Below, in pieces: positions 45,879-55,832 of a stretch of DNA of 64,000 bases. The position numbers and the translations under genes were made by a program. The DNA comes from Candidatus Sumerlaeota bacterium (GTDB taxonomy: Bacteria > Sumerlaeota > Sumerlaeia > SLMS01). The stretch spans positions 140,419 through 204,418 of the forward strand of contig JADLAR010000047.1 in the NCBI GenBank assembly GCA_020848155.1, given 5' to 3'. A model generated the notes under the pieces. The model did no database searches and was not told where the DNA came from. It saw nothing but the letters and a program-made list of their open reading frames with translations. The number at the start of each line of letters is the position of its first letter. Within the stretch, counting starts at the first letter, position 1.

Positions 45879-47060
45879 TCAGAAAATGTAGCGGTTGATG
45901 GAAATGGAACGAACGTACACGGGGATGTTGGGATCCTCGCCTTCCAACCCCGTGCCAATCATGTCGAACGACAGGATAAGGCTGTCCTCTTCGATCTGCT
46001 CCTGAGGGCGATACCACTGATCGTAGGTGACAGGATTTCCCGCAGTGGGAATGATCGATTCCGAATCACGGCTATCCACGCTGAGGAAGCCGCCATATTG
46101 CAGACTGCCGGTGTTGACGCGCATGCGGAAGACGGGAACCTTGGTCTTCTGGTCGGAGGGCGCATCGCTCTCGATCGTCCAGGAAATTCTATAGATACTG
46201 TCCCCGTAGATGGTGGTGACGTCTTCTTTTCCCCAAAACCCGAAATCCGTGGCGGGATCGGTCTCCGGCTTGTCGGGATGGCGATGAAGGCCAAGACCCT
46301 TCGTCCCTGAATGCAAAAATTCCGGAACGCCGAAACTTCCCGGAGCACTGCGCTGGGAGAAGCCGTGGGATGAAGTGGTGAAATCAAGGTCCAAGGTGGA
46401 ATCAGGGGGGCCGTAATCAACCGGATTGATGCCGGAAATTCCCGCGTCGGTCAGCACCATCTTCGCATTCGGAGAGTCGGACGGGTCGAAATTCAGAATG
46501 TCGTAGTCGAGCCGAATCGTGTCCTTGCCGGGCGGAAGGAACAGCCACACGCGATACAGGATGCTGCCGTTCACCATCGGCAGGCCTGCCGTGTCGCCAG
46601 TGGAGTTCACGATGTATGCGGAGGTTTGCTGGAAGTCTTCCGTGGATGCACGAAACCGCAGCGTCGGAATCTTCATCGGATCGGTGTTCGGGTTGTGGAT
46701 GGAAAGGATGCCGCGGAAGAGGCGGTCGGCGAGTCCTTTCTGCTCCACAACACGCTGCTGTTTCGAAGGGGCGCTGAACAGGTCAAACAGCGGCGATTCG
46801 TAGAAGGCAAAGCTGTTCGTGTTGGAACCGGGAGTGAGGTAGATTCCCTGGCGACCCGCTTCATAGCCGCCCGTGCAGACGTCAAAGCCGGGGACAGTGA
46901 CATTCTTCGTCCAGCCCTGCTCGTCAAAATTGAACGTGAAGCTGTATGTGCTGTGTTTGAGGTCCTTTCCCGCCTCGGTATCCCGGGCCTGAGAAATCGT
47001 GCCGGAGCACACAATCGACAGGCACAAACCTGTGCGGAAAAGAACGGCCTGCATACTCAT
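45879..47060 (-). CDS. Secreted hypothetical protein, apparently two tandem beta-rich modules
   Basis: Signal peptide MSMQAVLFRTGLCLSIVCSGTISQA. Strong AAGGAG lies 6 nt upstream of the ATG, 16 nt after the E2 stop. The two halves look alike (FTFNFDEQGW...PTLRFRAS...IRLDYDILNF versus LDLDFTTSSHGF...VPVFRMRVN...LILSFDMIGT). Confidence 0.6.
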   Translation of the reverse strand: MSMQAVLFRTGLCLSIVCSGTISQARDTEAGKDLKHSTYSFTFNFDEQGWTKNVTVPGFDVCTGGYEAGRQGIYLTPGSNTNSFAFYESPLFDLFSAPSKQQRVVEQKGLADRLFRGILSIHNPNTDPMKIPTLRFRASTEDFQQTSAYIVNSTGDTAGLPMVNGSILYRVWLFLPPGKDTIRLDYDILNFDPSDSPNAKMVLTDAGISGINPVDYGPPDSTLDLDFTTSSHGFSQRSAPGSFGVPEFLHSGTKGLGLHRHPDKPETDPATDFGFWGKEDVTTIYGDSIYRISWTIESDAPSDQKTKVPVFRMRVNTGSLQYGGFLSVDSRDSESIIPTAGNPVTYDQWYRPQEQIEEDSLILSFDMIGTGLEGEDPNIPVYVRSISINRYIF

Positions 47061-47076
47061 CTCAACTCCTTGGTGC

Positions 47077-48381
47077 CTACAACAGCATCATCACGGGATT
47101 TTCGAGTGTTGCCTTCAGGTCCTGCAAATACTGCGCGGCAACTGCACCGTCGATGACGCGATGGTCGCAACCCATGGTAATCGTCATGACCTTGCCGGGG
47201 ACGATCCGGCCATCTTCCACGACAGGGCGATCTTCCATTGCCGCAACGGCGAGAATGGAGGATTCGGGAGGGTTGATGATGGCAGCGAACTGGTTGATGC
47301 CATACATGCCGAGATTGCTCAGCGTCTGGATGCCGCCACTCATGTCCTCGGGGGTCAGCTTGCGCGCACGCGCCTTGCCGGCGACATCGCGAAGCTCCTG
47401 GGCAAGTTGCAGGACGCCCTTCGCGTGAACATCGCGCAGCACGGGAGTCAGCAGGCCGTCTTCGATGGCGACCGCGACACTGATATCCGTGCGGCCCAGA
47501 ACGTTCAGATGGTCGTCAGCCCACTGGCTGCGGATCGCCTTGTGGCGAAGCGCCACAGCGCCCATCGCCTTGATGATCAGGTGCGTGACCGTGACCTTTG
47601 CGTCCGGCATCGCCTCCTTGATCCTGGCGACGGCGGTGAGGAGGCCCTCCCCACGCACATCGATGCTAAGTTGGAAGTGCGGGACGGTCTGCTTTGACTC
47701 AAGGAGGCGGCGGGCGATGACCTGACGCATGCCACTGAGTTTGACTTCTTCATCAGCGAGCGGGGAAACCGCAACGGGCTGCACATTCCTGGCGGGTGAA
47801 GCAACCGCCTTGTTGCCGCCATTCGCGACAGCATTCTCCACATCCTTGCGAACCACGCGACCCTGTGGTCCACTGCCGGCAATGCCGCGCAATTCCACAC
47901 CGGCATCCTTCGCGATCTTGCGCGCGAGCGGTGAGGCAAGCGTGCGCTCGCCCACCGGGGGCGTGGTTGCCTTCGCCGGTGCCGGCGGAACGCGGGACCC
48001 AGCGGGCTTGGCAACGGGTGCGGGAGCAGATGCGGGCTTTTGTGCGGCCGCGGGAGCAGGCTGCGCCTTCGCGGGCGCAGATTTTTCCGCAGCAGTTGCG
48101 GATGGAGTTGTTCCATTTCCACCCAAGGCGGAGATGTCCTCGCCGGGCTCGCCGACAATCGCAATCGTACCTTCCACGGCGACCTTGGAGCCTTCCTTCG
48201 CGACGATTTTCAGCAGCGTGCCATCGAAGAAGCTCTCCTGTTCCATGACAGCCTTGTCGGTTTCCACTTCCGCGATCGCCTGCCCGTTGGAAATCCTGTC
48301 GCCCTCCTTCACCAACCATTTGACGAGCGTGCCTTCCGACATGGTTGGCGAGAGCTGGACGAGCGTGATGGGTTTGGCCAT
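47077..48381 (-). CDS. pdhC: Dihydrolipoamide acetyltransferase (E2) of the pyruvate dehydrogenase complex
   Basis: Lipoyl domain AEVETDKAVME, E3/E1-binding domain ASPLARKIAKDAGVEL, catalytic CDHRVIDGA. Confidence 0.9.
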   Translation of the reverse strand: MAKPITLVQLSPTMSEGTLVKWLVKEGDRISNGQAIAEVETDKAVMEQESFFDGTLLKIVAKEGSKVAVEGTIAIVGEPGEDISALGGNGTTPSATAAEKSAPAKAQPAPAAAQKPASAPAPVAKPAGSRVPPAPAKATTPPVGERTLASPLARKIAKDAGVELRGIAGSGPQGRVVRKDVENAVANGGNKAVASPARNVQPVAVSPLADEEVKLSGMRQVIARRLLESKQTVPHFQLSIDVRGEGLLTAVARIKEAMPDAKVTVTHLIIKAMGAVALRHKAIRSQWADDHLNVLGRTDISVAVAIEDGLLTPVLRDVHAKGVLQLAQELRDVAGKARARKLTPEDMSGGIQTLSNLGMYGINQFAAIINPPESSILAVAAMEDRPVVEDGRIVPGKVMTITMGCDHRVIDGAVAAQYLQDLKATLENPVMMLL

Positions 48382-48410
48382 GGAAAGTTTCCTGAAGGGG
48401 GATGAGGGGA

Positions 48411-49397
48411 TTAGCGGTAGCAGACAGCCTTGACTGCTTCGACAACGTTCTCGGCGCTGGGAATGACTTCTTCTTCCAGGTTCTTTGCGTAAGGCATGGG
48501 AACGTCCAGATGGCTGAGACGCTCGATGGGAGCATCGAGGTAGTCAAATCCCTGGGCGTAAACCTGCTCGCAGATCCAGGCGCCAACACTTGCCTGCGGC
48601 CAGGATTCCTCGACGAGCACCATGCGGTTTGTCTTCTTCACAGACTCAAGAATTGTCTGTAGGTCGAGCGGACGAAGCGTGCGTGGATCGATCACCTCGA
48701 CGCTGATGCCCTCCTCGCCCTCAAGGCGTTCGATGGCGGGCTTCACGGCGTGGGTCCACATGCGGCCGTAGGTGACAATGGTCACGTCACTGCCGGTGTG
48801 CTTGATGTCCGCCTTGCCGATGGGAAGAACGTAGTCGGCGTCCTCCGGGACCTCTTCCTTGTAGTTGTAGAGCTTTTCGCTCTCCATGAAGATCACAGGA
48901 TCGGGATCGCGAATGGCAGCCTTGAGAAGCCCCTTTGCATCGCCCGGCGTGGAGGGCATCACGACCTTCAGGCCGGGGATGTGGACGTACTGGGATTCCA
49001 GCGCCTGGCTGTGCTGCGCGGCGAGCGCACCGCCAGCGCCGTTGGGGCCGCGGATGACCATGGGGACGCTGAACTGCCCGCCGGACATGTAACGCAGCTT
49101 GGCGGCGTTGTTGATGATCTGGTCGAGCGCCAGGATACCGAAGTTGAACGTCATCAATTCGATGATGGGGCGCATGCCCACATGTGCGGCGCCGATGCCG
49201 AGGCCGACGAAACTATTCTCCGTAATGGGCGCATCAATGACGCGCTTTTCGCCAAAGCGGTCGAGCAGCCCCTGGCTGACCTTGTAGGCGCCGTGATACT
49301 GCCCGACTTCCTCACCCATCAGGAAGACCTGATCATCGCGTTCCATCTCCTCGAACAGTGCCTGGTTCAGTGCTTCGCGAAATGTGATGACAGCCAT
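48411..49397 (-). CDS. pdhB: Pyruvate dehydrogenase E1 component, beta subunit
   Basis: MAVITFREALNQALFEEMERDDQVFLMGEEV... and APITENSFVGLGIGAA are typical of the transketolase-like E1 beta. Confidence 0.92.
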   Translation of the reverse strand: MAVITFREALNQALFEEMERDDQVFLMGEEVGQYHGAYKVSQGLLDRFGEKRVIDAPITENSFVGLGIGAAHVGMRPIIELMTFNFGILALDQIINNAAKLRYMSGGQFSVPMVIRGPNGAGGALAAQHSQALESQYVHIPGLKVVMPSTPGDAKGLLKAAIRDPDPVIFMESEKLYNYKEEVPEDADYVLPIGKADIKHTGSDVTIVTYGRMWTHAVKPAIERLEGEEGISVEVIDPRTLRPLDLQTILESVKKTNRMVLVEESWPQASVGAWICEQVYAQGFDYLDAPIERLSHLDVPMPYAKNLEEEVIPSAENVVEAVKAVCYR

Positions 49398-49472
49398 GGA
49401 TGTACCTCGAATTTTTTGTCGGCAGGGATGAAGGTTTGTGGGAGGGACGAAACGAAGGCGCGACCCGCAGGA

Positions 49473-50558
49473 TCACGGGAATTCGTTGTAGGGGAACGCG
49501 TACTTGTTCGGGTTCACTTCCGGCCCCGGATAGCCGGGGTAATCCGCGTAGACGTGCGTCCACACATCCGCCTGATCGGGATATTCGGACTCATCCGCGA
49601 AGTTCACGGCGTCTTCAACCTCAGCCTTCACCTCGGCCTCCAGATCGGAAAGCCATGACTCCGTGAAGATGTCGGGGAATTGCTGCGCAAGGCTCGCCAT
49701 GGGGTCCTTGTTCTGCCACTCATGGACCTCGTCCTTGTTGCGATAGGTGGTGGCGGGATCGGACATCGAGTGACCGCGGTAGCGGTAGGTGACCATTTCA
49801 AGGAAGACGGGCTGGCCGGCGCGCGCGCTTTCGGCGGCGTCCTTCATGGCCTCATAAACCTCCAGGACATCCATGCCATTCACGCGAATACCGGGAATTT
49901 GATAGGCGTCGCCGGTGCGCTTGTACAAGTCAGGCTGGGCGGAAGTGCGGGAAATCGCCGTGCCCATGCCGTAAAAGTTGTTCTCAACGATAAAGACCGT
50001 GGGGAGCTTCCAAATCCCGGCCATGTTCAGGGACTCGTGGAAGGTGCCCTGGTTAATCGTGGCGTCGCCCATGTAACAGACGGAAATTGCGCCTTCATTG
50101 CGGTACTTGCTGGCGAAGGCCGCGCCGATGGCGAGCGGGATATGCCCGCCAATGATTCCATTTCCGCCCATGTACCGCATCTTCCCGTTGTACATGTGCA
50201 TGGAGCCGCCCTTGCCCTTGGAACAACCTGTGCCCTTCATGAACAGTTCCGCCATCACTTCACGCGCCGGGACACCGAGCAGCAGCGCGTGGGCGTGGTC
50301 ACGATAGGTTGTGAAGACATAATCCTTGGGAACCTGCAGGGCGGCGATGGTGCCGACGGCGACGGCTTCCTGTCCGATGTAGAGATGACAGAAGCCGGAA
50401 AATTTCTTGAGTTGGTATTGTTGACCTGTTTTTTCTTCGAAGCGCCGTATCAGCAGCATTTGCCGATACATTTCCTTTAGCTTTTCTTCGGGGAGGGGGA
50501 GTTCCTTTACGGAGGAACGGGAAGAACGCTTGGACACAACCTTCGTTGAGGAGGACAT
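49473..50558 (-). CDS. pdhA: Pyruvate dehydrogenase E1 component, alpha subunit
   Basis: ThDP motif region GDATINQGTFHESLNMA...VENNFYGMGT and the phosphorylation-loop-like YRYRGHSMSDP. Confidence 0.92.
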   Translation of the reverse strand: MSSSTKVVSKRSSRSSVKELPLPEEKLKEMYRQMLLIRRFEEKTGQQYQLKKFSGFCHLYIGQEAVAVGTIAALQVPKDYVFTTYRDHAHALLLGVPAREVMAELFMKGTGCSKGKGGSMHMYNGKMRYMGGNGIIGGHIPLAIGAAFASKYRNEGAISVCYMGDATINQGTFHESLNMAGIWKLPTVFIVENNFYGMGTAISRTSAQPDLYKRTGDAYQIPGIRVNGMDVLEVYEAMKDAAESARAGQPVFLEMVTYRYRGHSMSDPATTYRNKDEVHEWQNKDPMASLAQQFPDIFTESWLSDLEAEVKAEVEDAVNFADESEYPDQADVWTHVYADYPGYPGPEVNPNKYAFPYNEFP

Positions 50559-50735
50559 AGGCCATTCCGTTTGTGAATTCGGTGGAACTCAGGTCTACGC
50601 GAAAACAGCCCAACTGGTTAAATAGGACCATCAGCGCGCACTGAAGGGTTCACCAGACGCGTGAGGATATAGGGGGCCGGTGCGTGGAACGCAAGCCAAT
50701 GTCGCAGGGGTTTGGACCAGATGTTCTTTTGGAGA

Positions 50736-50763
50736 GACGGGTGTGCAAAATTGCACACCCGTC
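50736..50763 (-). terminator. Perfect 12-bp hairpin just downstream of the M1 peptidase gene (no clean U-tract)
   Basis: gacgggtgtgca aaat tgcacacccgtc, located 13 nt past the stop at 50776 on the minus strand. Confidence 0.4.
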
Positions 50764-50775
50764 AGTTGCTTTGGA

Positions 50776-53700
50776 TCAGGGCTCTTCCAGGATCATCCAG
50801 TCTCCCGCACGGGACGGACTAAGGGTGAAGTAATCCAGGACGTCACTCATCATCTGGAGGCGGGAGCTTTCGGGATAAACGGTCTCGAACGCGAAGCCGA
50901 GATAGACGAGTGCACCCGGTGTGCTGCCGCCGCCAAAGATCCCCTTGTACTGAACGCCCGCCACGTTGCCCGCGCTGTACTGGATCGCGGCGTCGCTGCC
51001 ACCGGCTGCTGCGATCAGATCCGGGAAGCCCGGCTGGTACGGTGCGTCACCGCCATCGCCGTACGTGAAGGCGTGGGTTCCGAAACAGGATGGAGGGACG
51101 GGAACGTTGCCGGTGCCAACGACACTGTAGTCGGCCGAACTGTCGGCAACATAGGCGGCCTTGAGGTAGTTGAGATAGAACGCCTGATCGGACGGGGGAC
51201 GCGAAGTGCGCCCCAAATCCCAGGCAATCTCGTTTCCGGTGGCGAAAAGTTGTCCGCCGTTTTCGAGGTACGTGGCGACAAGACCCTGCTCGCTGTCGCT
51301 GAAGGTTTCATCGGCGGTGGACTCATCGCCCGCGATCCACACAACGACCTCATAGGGTGTCATGACGCCAACGCCCAGTGCCTCGTTGGCGTAAGTGTCG
51401 AAGGAGTTTCCGTGGGCGTTGATGGCGCGACCATTGTCCGCACCGAAATCGTGATTCACGCCGCCGGACTGCGAGTTCCAACGATCGTAACCATCCACGA
51501 CGAGGATCTGCGCGGCACCGGTGCCGAGGCGAAGTCCGTACACATCACTCGGACTGCTTTCCGCAACAACGACGGCCCTCATGCGGAAATAGCGGCTTTC
51601 CCCCGGAACCATTCCCGTAACGACGGTGGACGTGGCCGCGGGCGAGATGGATCCCTGTGCAAGAGTCCAATTCGTGAGCCCATCGGGGCTGCTGTACAGG
51701 CGATAGGCCGTGATGCCCGGCGTTACCGAGGCTGTCCAGTGGATCGTGGCGGTACCCGCGCCGCCGCTTCCGATGACGCGCGTGACTGTTGGCGGATCGG
51801 GGGTGACTGCTGCCAGCTCCGTCACGTCGCACAGAATCCATGCATCTGGATCGAAGGTCACGTCCGTTGGCTCGACCGTGCCGACAAGCACCGAGAAGTT
51901 CTGCACGCGCTGGTTGTTGAAGACCTGAACGACCGTTGATCCCCCGCCGTTCAGCGTGACGCCGAAATCAATCGGCATGATATACTCCGTATCCACCTGC
52001 GTCTGGGACACGCTGAGGTCAACATACCAATCGGGACCAACCTGATGCGATCCCCAGGACCATGTGTATGCGGGACGTGAGGCGCGAGTGAGCCATTCAT
52101 CAAAGAACCAATCGAGGTCGTAGCCGGCCTCCGACTCCATGTGCGCCTGGAAATCGGAGGTCACAACGGTCTTGTAGCGAAGATTTGTGTCGGCGAGATA
52201 ATCCTTTGTTGCCTGAAAGAAGACGGCGTCGCCAACAACGTGGCGAAGCATGTGCACCACCCATGCACCCTTGTAGTAGGTGACGGACAGGCCAAAGTCA
52301 TCCGCGTTCGAGTTCACCACGGAACGGAAATCGGAGGAACTGCTCTTGAACGTCGCCATCTGCGCCTTGTAGTCGGCGAAACCATTCTTGTGCTCCCTCC
52401 AGAGCGCCTCGGCGTAGGAGGCCCAGCCCTCGCTGAGCCACAGGTGATCGAAGACATAGGTGCCTGTGCATACGCCAAACCACATGTGGGCCATCTCGTG
52501 AATGTTGCGCCTGTGATAGGCCGGGTTGTTGAGGTTCCCGTTTGGCATGCTTGTGCAGGTTTGGTGCTCCACCCCAAAGGTGAGGCCCCATGTTGCCGTG
52601 ACATACTTCTCGCTGAGGAACGGATACTCACCGAACGTGTCCGCGAAATAATCCATGACTTCGATGGTGCGCGGAAGCTCCTGCGATTCGACCGCGTAGC
52701 TCTCCGGGTAAACGTGATGGGCAACGTTCATCGTCGTCACGTTGTCCAGGGCCGTGTAGGTTCCGCTCGCAACCTGATAGTTCGAGCATGCCAGCGACAC
52801 ATACTGCGTCGCGATGGGATAGGACTCGCTCCAGTTGTAGATGGTGTTTGGCCCGCTTGGTGTCGTGGAAACCAACGTGCCGTTGGAGACCACCGAGAAC
52901 GGGAACCCGCCGTAGCTGGCCGTCGGGACTGTCGCATGAACATCCACGGTGAATTTATCGCGCGGCAGGTCCTTGCAGGGATACCATGTGCGCGCGTTGT
53001 AGGGCTGGTTGTTCGTGTAGACCAGCGGATTTCCGCTATGCGTGGTGCGACGATAGGCGAGGCCGGAAACGGGAGTGCCATTGTAGGAGACGCGGACGGT
53101 GAAGGGGCTGCCCAGCGCGACCGGCGAGGGGAGATTGATGCGTAGTTTCTCGCCGCTGGTATCCCATGTGTATGTCAGCGCAGGAGTCGCAGGGCCGGAA
53201 TCGACGGCGCTGATCGACATCGCACCCGCGTTGTCATTGAAATCCAGCACGCACAAACTCAACCCAGCGACAAGGCTGCGCGCGTCGACCGTGCAAATGG
53301 CGGCGGGAATCGTTGCTGATGCGGGATCGACCGTGATCGCCAGGTCAAGGTGCTCAACATCGTATTGATCCTGGTTGACGTCCGTGGGCGGCTCGCTGCG
53401 CGGGGCGGAGACGAAGCTGACGAAGCGCTCCTCCTCCGCAAAATTCAACGAGAACCCGAGAAGGCCGGTGACGCCCGTGGCTCCGCCGTCATTCGCAACA
53501 ACCTCCACCTGGTTGGTGCCCACATTCAGCGCTCCCGCGGGAATGCCGAACCAACTGCCGTCAGGCGCGGTGATCGCATCGACGTCAAGCGGATCGCCGT
53601 TGATCCGCAGCTTCCATCCGTCAGCGGGAGCTTGACCTTCCACGCGCAGCGCGAAGGACTGCCCTGCCTGCTGCCCTGTCAGTGATGTGGTGAATGAGAT

Positions 53701-53889
53701 GGAAGATTTTTCAGCGGCCATTGTGCCAAGCTGCGAGGAGCCGCGCCGCGCATCCTCATCAATGAGGACCGTGCGGCCGGCAAGGTTGAACGATTCAGGA
53801 AGCGCAAAGGCCTTCCCAGCCGGATGGGAACTCAAACCCAACGCGAGTGCAAATGCGCAGAGTGGGCGAATGCGCGACGATCGATTCAT
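50776..53889 (-). CDS. Secreted multidomain M1-family zinc metallopeptidase (aminopeptidase N-like core, FN3-like domain and a large C-terminal domain)
   Basis: HEMAHMWFG plus WLSEGWASYAE (HExxH-x18-E gluzincin signature). Signal peptide MNRSSRIRPLCAFALALGLSSHPAGKAFA. Trimmed to the ATG at 53889. The C-terminal ~350 aa is not an M1 domain. Confidence 0.8.
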   Translation of the reverse strand: MNRSSRIRPLCAFALALGLSSHPAGKAFALPESFNLAGRTVLIDEDARRGSSQLGTMAAEKSSISFTTSLTGQQAGQSFALRVEGQAPADGWKLRINGDPLDVDAITAPDGSWFGIPAGALNVGTNQVEVVANDGGATGVTGLLGFSLNFAEEERFVSFVSAPRSEPPTDVNQDQYDVEHLDLAITVDPASATIPAAICTVDARSLVAGLSLCVLDFNDNAGAMSISAVDSGPATPALTYTWDTSGEKLRINLPSPVALGSPFTVRVSYNGTPVSGLAYRRTTHSGNPLVYTNNQPYNARTWYPCKDLPRDKFTVDVHATVPTASYGGFPFSVVSNGTLVSTTPSGPNTIYNWSESYPIATQYVSLACSNYQVASGTYTALDNVTTMNVAHHVYPESYAVESQELPRTIEVMDYFADTFGEYPFLSEKYVTATWGLTFGVEHQTCTSMPNGNLNNPAYHRRNIHEMAHMWFGVCTGTYVFDHLWLSEGWASYAEALWREHKNGFADYKAQMATFKSSSSDFRSVVNSNADDFGLSVTYYKGAWVVHMLRHVVGDAVFFQATKDYLADTNLRYKTVVTSDFQAHMESEAGYDLDWFFDEWLTRASRPAYTWSWGSHQVGPDWYVDLSVSQTQVDTEYIMPIDFGVTLNGGGSTVVQVFNNQRVQNFSVLVGTVEPTDVTFDPDAWILCDVTELAAVTPDPPTVTRVIGSGGAGTATIHWTASVTPGITAYRLYSSPDGLTNWTLAQGSISPAATSTVVTGMVPGESRYFRMRAVVVAESSPSDVYGLRLGTGAAQILVVDGYDRWNSQSGGVNHDFGADNGRAINAHGNSFDTYANEALGVGVMTPYEVVVWIAGDESTADETFSDSEQGLVATYLENGGQLFATGNEIAWDLGRTSRPPSDQAFYLNYLKAAYVADSSADYSVVGTGNVPVPPSCFGTHAFTYGDGGDAPYQPGFPDLIAAAGGSDAAIQYSAGNVAGVQYKGIFGGGSTPGALVYLGFAFETVYPESSRLQMMSDVLDYFTLSPSRAGDWMILEEP

Positions 53890-53993
53890 GGCGGCCGTTT
53901 CTCCTGTTTGTGCTGCACCTACCAAGGCCCATGGCGTTTGCGCAACCGATGTTACGGCCAGAAGTGCGAAAAAATGGGAAGCGGTTGGGCAAC

Positions 53994-55760
53994 TCAGGGG
54001 GTGGAGAGGCGCAACTCGAGTGGGCCGCTGCCGGCGGATGGCAGGGAGTGGGTTGTCCTCTCGGCGTTGGGAAGCGCAACGGAGAGATTGAGCGTCTCCG
54101 CATTGAGGGGAGGAAGCGTGATTTCGCCGGAAGGGGGAATAGTCATGGAGATTGGTGGCGTGGACCTGTGGGGGCCGTTGATCCACAGGCGGCCTGCCTT
54201 GATCGGCGAATGATCAGCGCCAAGGATTGTGAGGGTCCTTGTCGGAATGGTGGCGGGGATATCCGGAAGCCGGATGAGCGATTCCGGGACACCTTCGCGC
54301 ACCGAGGCCTCGCTGCTGATGATTGTATAGACAGGATTGGCGGCAATGACGACGCGATACTCCCCCGCCTCCATCAGCGAGACAGCGATCTCTCCCGGAC
54401 TTCGGATGAATTCATCGGCAGCATCATCAACGAAGGCACCTTCAACCTTCCTTTGCAGGATGAAGATGGGCTGGCCAATCGGCGAGGAACGCGAGATCGT
54501 TTCAAGCGCCGTGACCTGCTCCGGTGTCATTCCCAGCACAAGCCACTGGTAAGGATGCACACGCCATTCCACGTGTTGTTCCTGCTCGCTTGTGGGTGTA
54601 TATACAAACGAGGCGCGCGGCGGCGCGATCGGCCTGGGACCAACGGCGGGAGCGAGTGTCACGTCGAACTGGCACGCGATGCCGGGAGGCAATCCATCAA
54701 ACGCAAACGCCCCTTCGGAGTCGGTAACCTGCCTTCCTGCCAAGGGGGCGCCCTCGCGTTCGATGGTTGCGCTCGTGACGGGATCGCTTGTGTTGCCGAT
54801 CAACAACCGTCCGCTGAGGGAAACAGCCTCGGAAGGCACATCACGGAAAATTGACGCCAGATCAACCATCACGTCCACGACCTGCTGGTCGTGCAATTCC
54901 ACATCAAGGCTGCCCCCCTCGACCCCCGTCAGCGTGCGAAAGGTAAAGTGAACGGTGGGATCAGGAGGGAGTGGCGCGAAGGTGATGGATGTGGATGAAC
55001 TCACTGCGAAGCGCGTTCCTTCGCGGAGCGCGTCAAGGATATCAGGGCGCACCGCTTCCACGTAGTCAAGCAATTCACTGGCGCGTTCCGTCGTCTCCGC
55101 AGTGGCGCGCCGCTCGATGCCGAGTTCAAAGTCCTCCTGGCCGGGGGGCGCATTCTCGAATGACAGGCGCACCCCCGTCGGAAGGGTCGGCGTGATGTTG
55201 CCGAAGTCGTATTCAAGCCCCTGGGGAGGCACCTTGGCCGGCTTGAGGATGCGCGCGCGATACCAGGCATTGTCCGAAGGACGAATCGCATCGATCCGGT
55301 AGGCAACTGCGGGAGGCACCCACGAAAAGCTGACAACGCCATTGTGTAGGTCGTCAGGAATGACGGCGATGGCCTGCGGCGATGCAAAGTGCGCGAAATC
55401 CACGATCGCCTTTGGTTTCTCCTGCGTTCCGGATTTCTTTGCCACCGCGTTGTAATCGGACCAGTCGTCTGCCGAAATTGCCCCGGGGGTGAGGGTTGCC
55501 GTGGCGCCGGCCCCGCCGATCAACCGGGCACTAACGTGGATGGGACCGGGTGCTTCCCGCGTGGTGGCTCTTTCGGCGGGCTGCGGTGCAGCCTCCACCG
55601 TCCTTCCGATGCCCGTGGATTGGGGCGACGTCCTTGATACGCGGGCTTCGGGAGCTGGGACCGTTTCGCGAGGGGTTCTTCGCGAGGCGATAATCCCAAT
55701 CACCACGATCGCGAGGATCGCCCCCAGGACTCCAACTTTGATCGCCGGACTTTGCTTCAT
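53994..55760 (-). CDS. N-terminally anchored hypothetical protein with repeated beta-sandwich-like (carboxypeptidase-regulatory-like) segments
   Basis: MKQSPAIKVGVLGAILAIVVIGIIASRR anchor; the rest is beta-rich. No catalytic motif recognised. Confidence 0.5.
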   Translation of the reverse strand: MKQSPAIKVGVLGAILAIVVIGIIASRRTPRETVPAPEARVSRTSPQSTGIGRTVEAAPQPAERATTREAPGPIHVSARLIGGAGATATLTPGAISADDWSDYNAVAKKSGTQEKPKAIVDFAHFASPQAIAVIPDDLHNGVVSFSWVPPAVAYRIDAIRPSDNAWYRARILKPAKVPPQGLEYDFGNITPTLPTGVRLSFENAPPGQEDFELGIERRATAETTERASELLDYVEAVRPDILDALREGTRFAVSSSTSITFAPLPPDPTVHFTFRTLTGVEGGSLDVELHDQQVVDVMVDLASIFRDVPSEAVSLSGRLLIGNTSDPVTSATIEREGAPLAGRQVTDSEGAFAFDGLPPGIACQFDVTLAPAVGPRPIAPPRASFVYTPTSEQEQHVEWRVHPYQWLVLGMTPEQVTALETISRSSPIGQPIFILQRKVEGAFVDDAADEFIRSPGEIAVSLMEAGEYRVVIAANPVYTIISSEASVREGVPESLIRLPDIPATIPTRTLTILGADHSPIKAGRLWINGPHRSTPPISMTIPPSGEITLPPLNAETLNLSVALPNAERTTHSLPSAGSGPLELRLSTP

Positions 55761-55832
55761 GGATGAATGAAAAACGGGCGGCCCCTTTCCGAAGCCGCCC
55801 GTTCATCCTTCATTGTTCCGGGAACGACGCAA

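Noticed and set aside
50680-51939. 419-aa plus-strand ORF antisense to the M1 peptidase C-terminal region (similarly 52141..53145 and 53847..54854)
   Set aside because: G/R/V-rich shadow frames. The minus strand carries continuous, motif-bearing secreted proteins.
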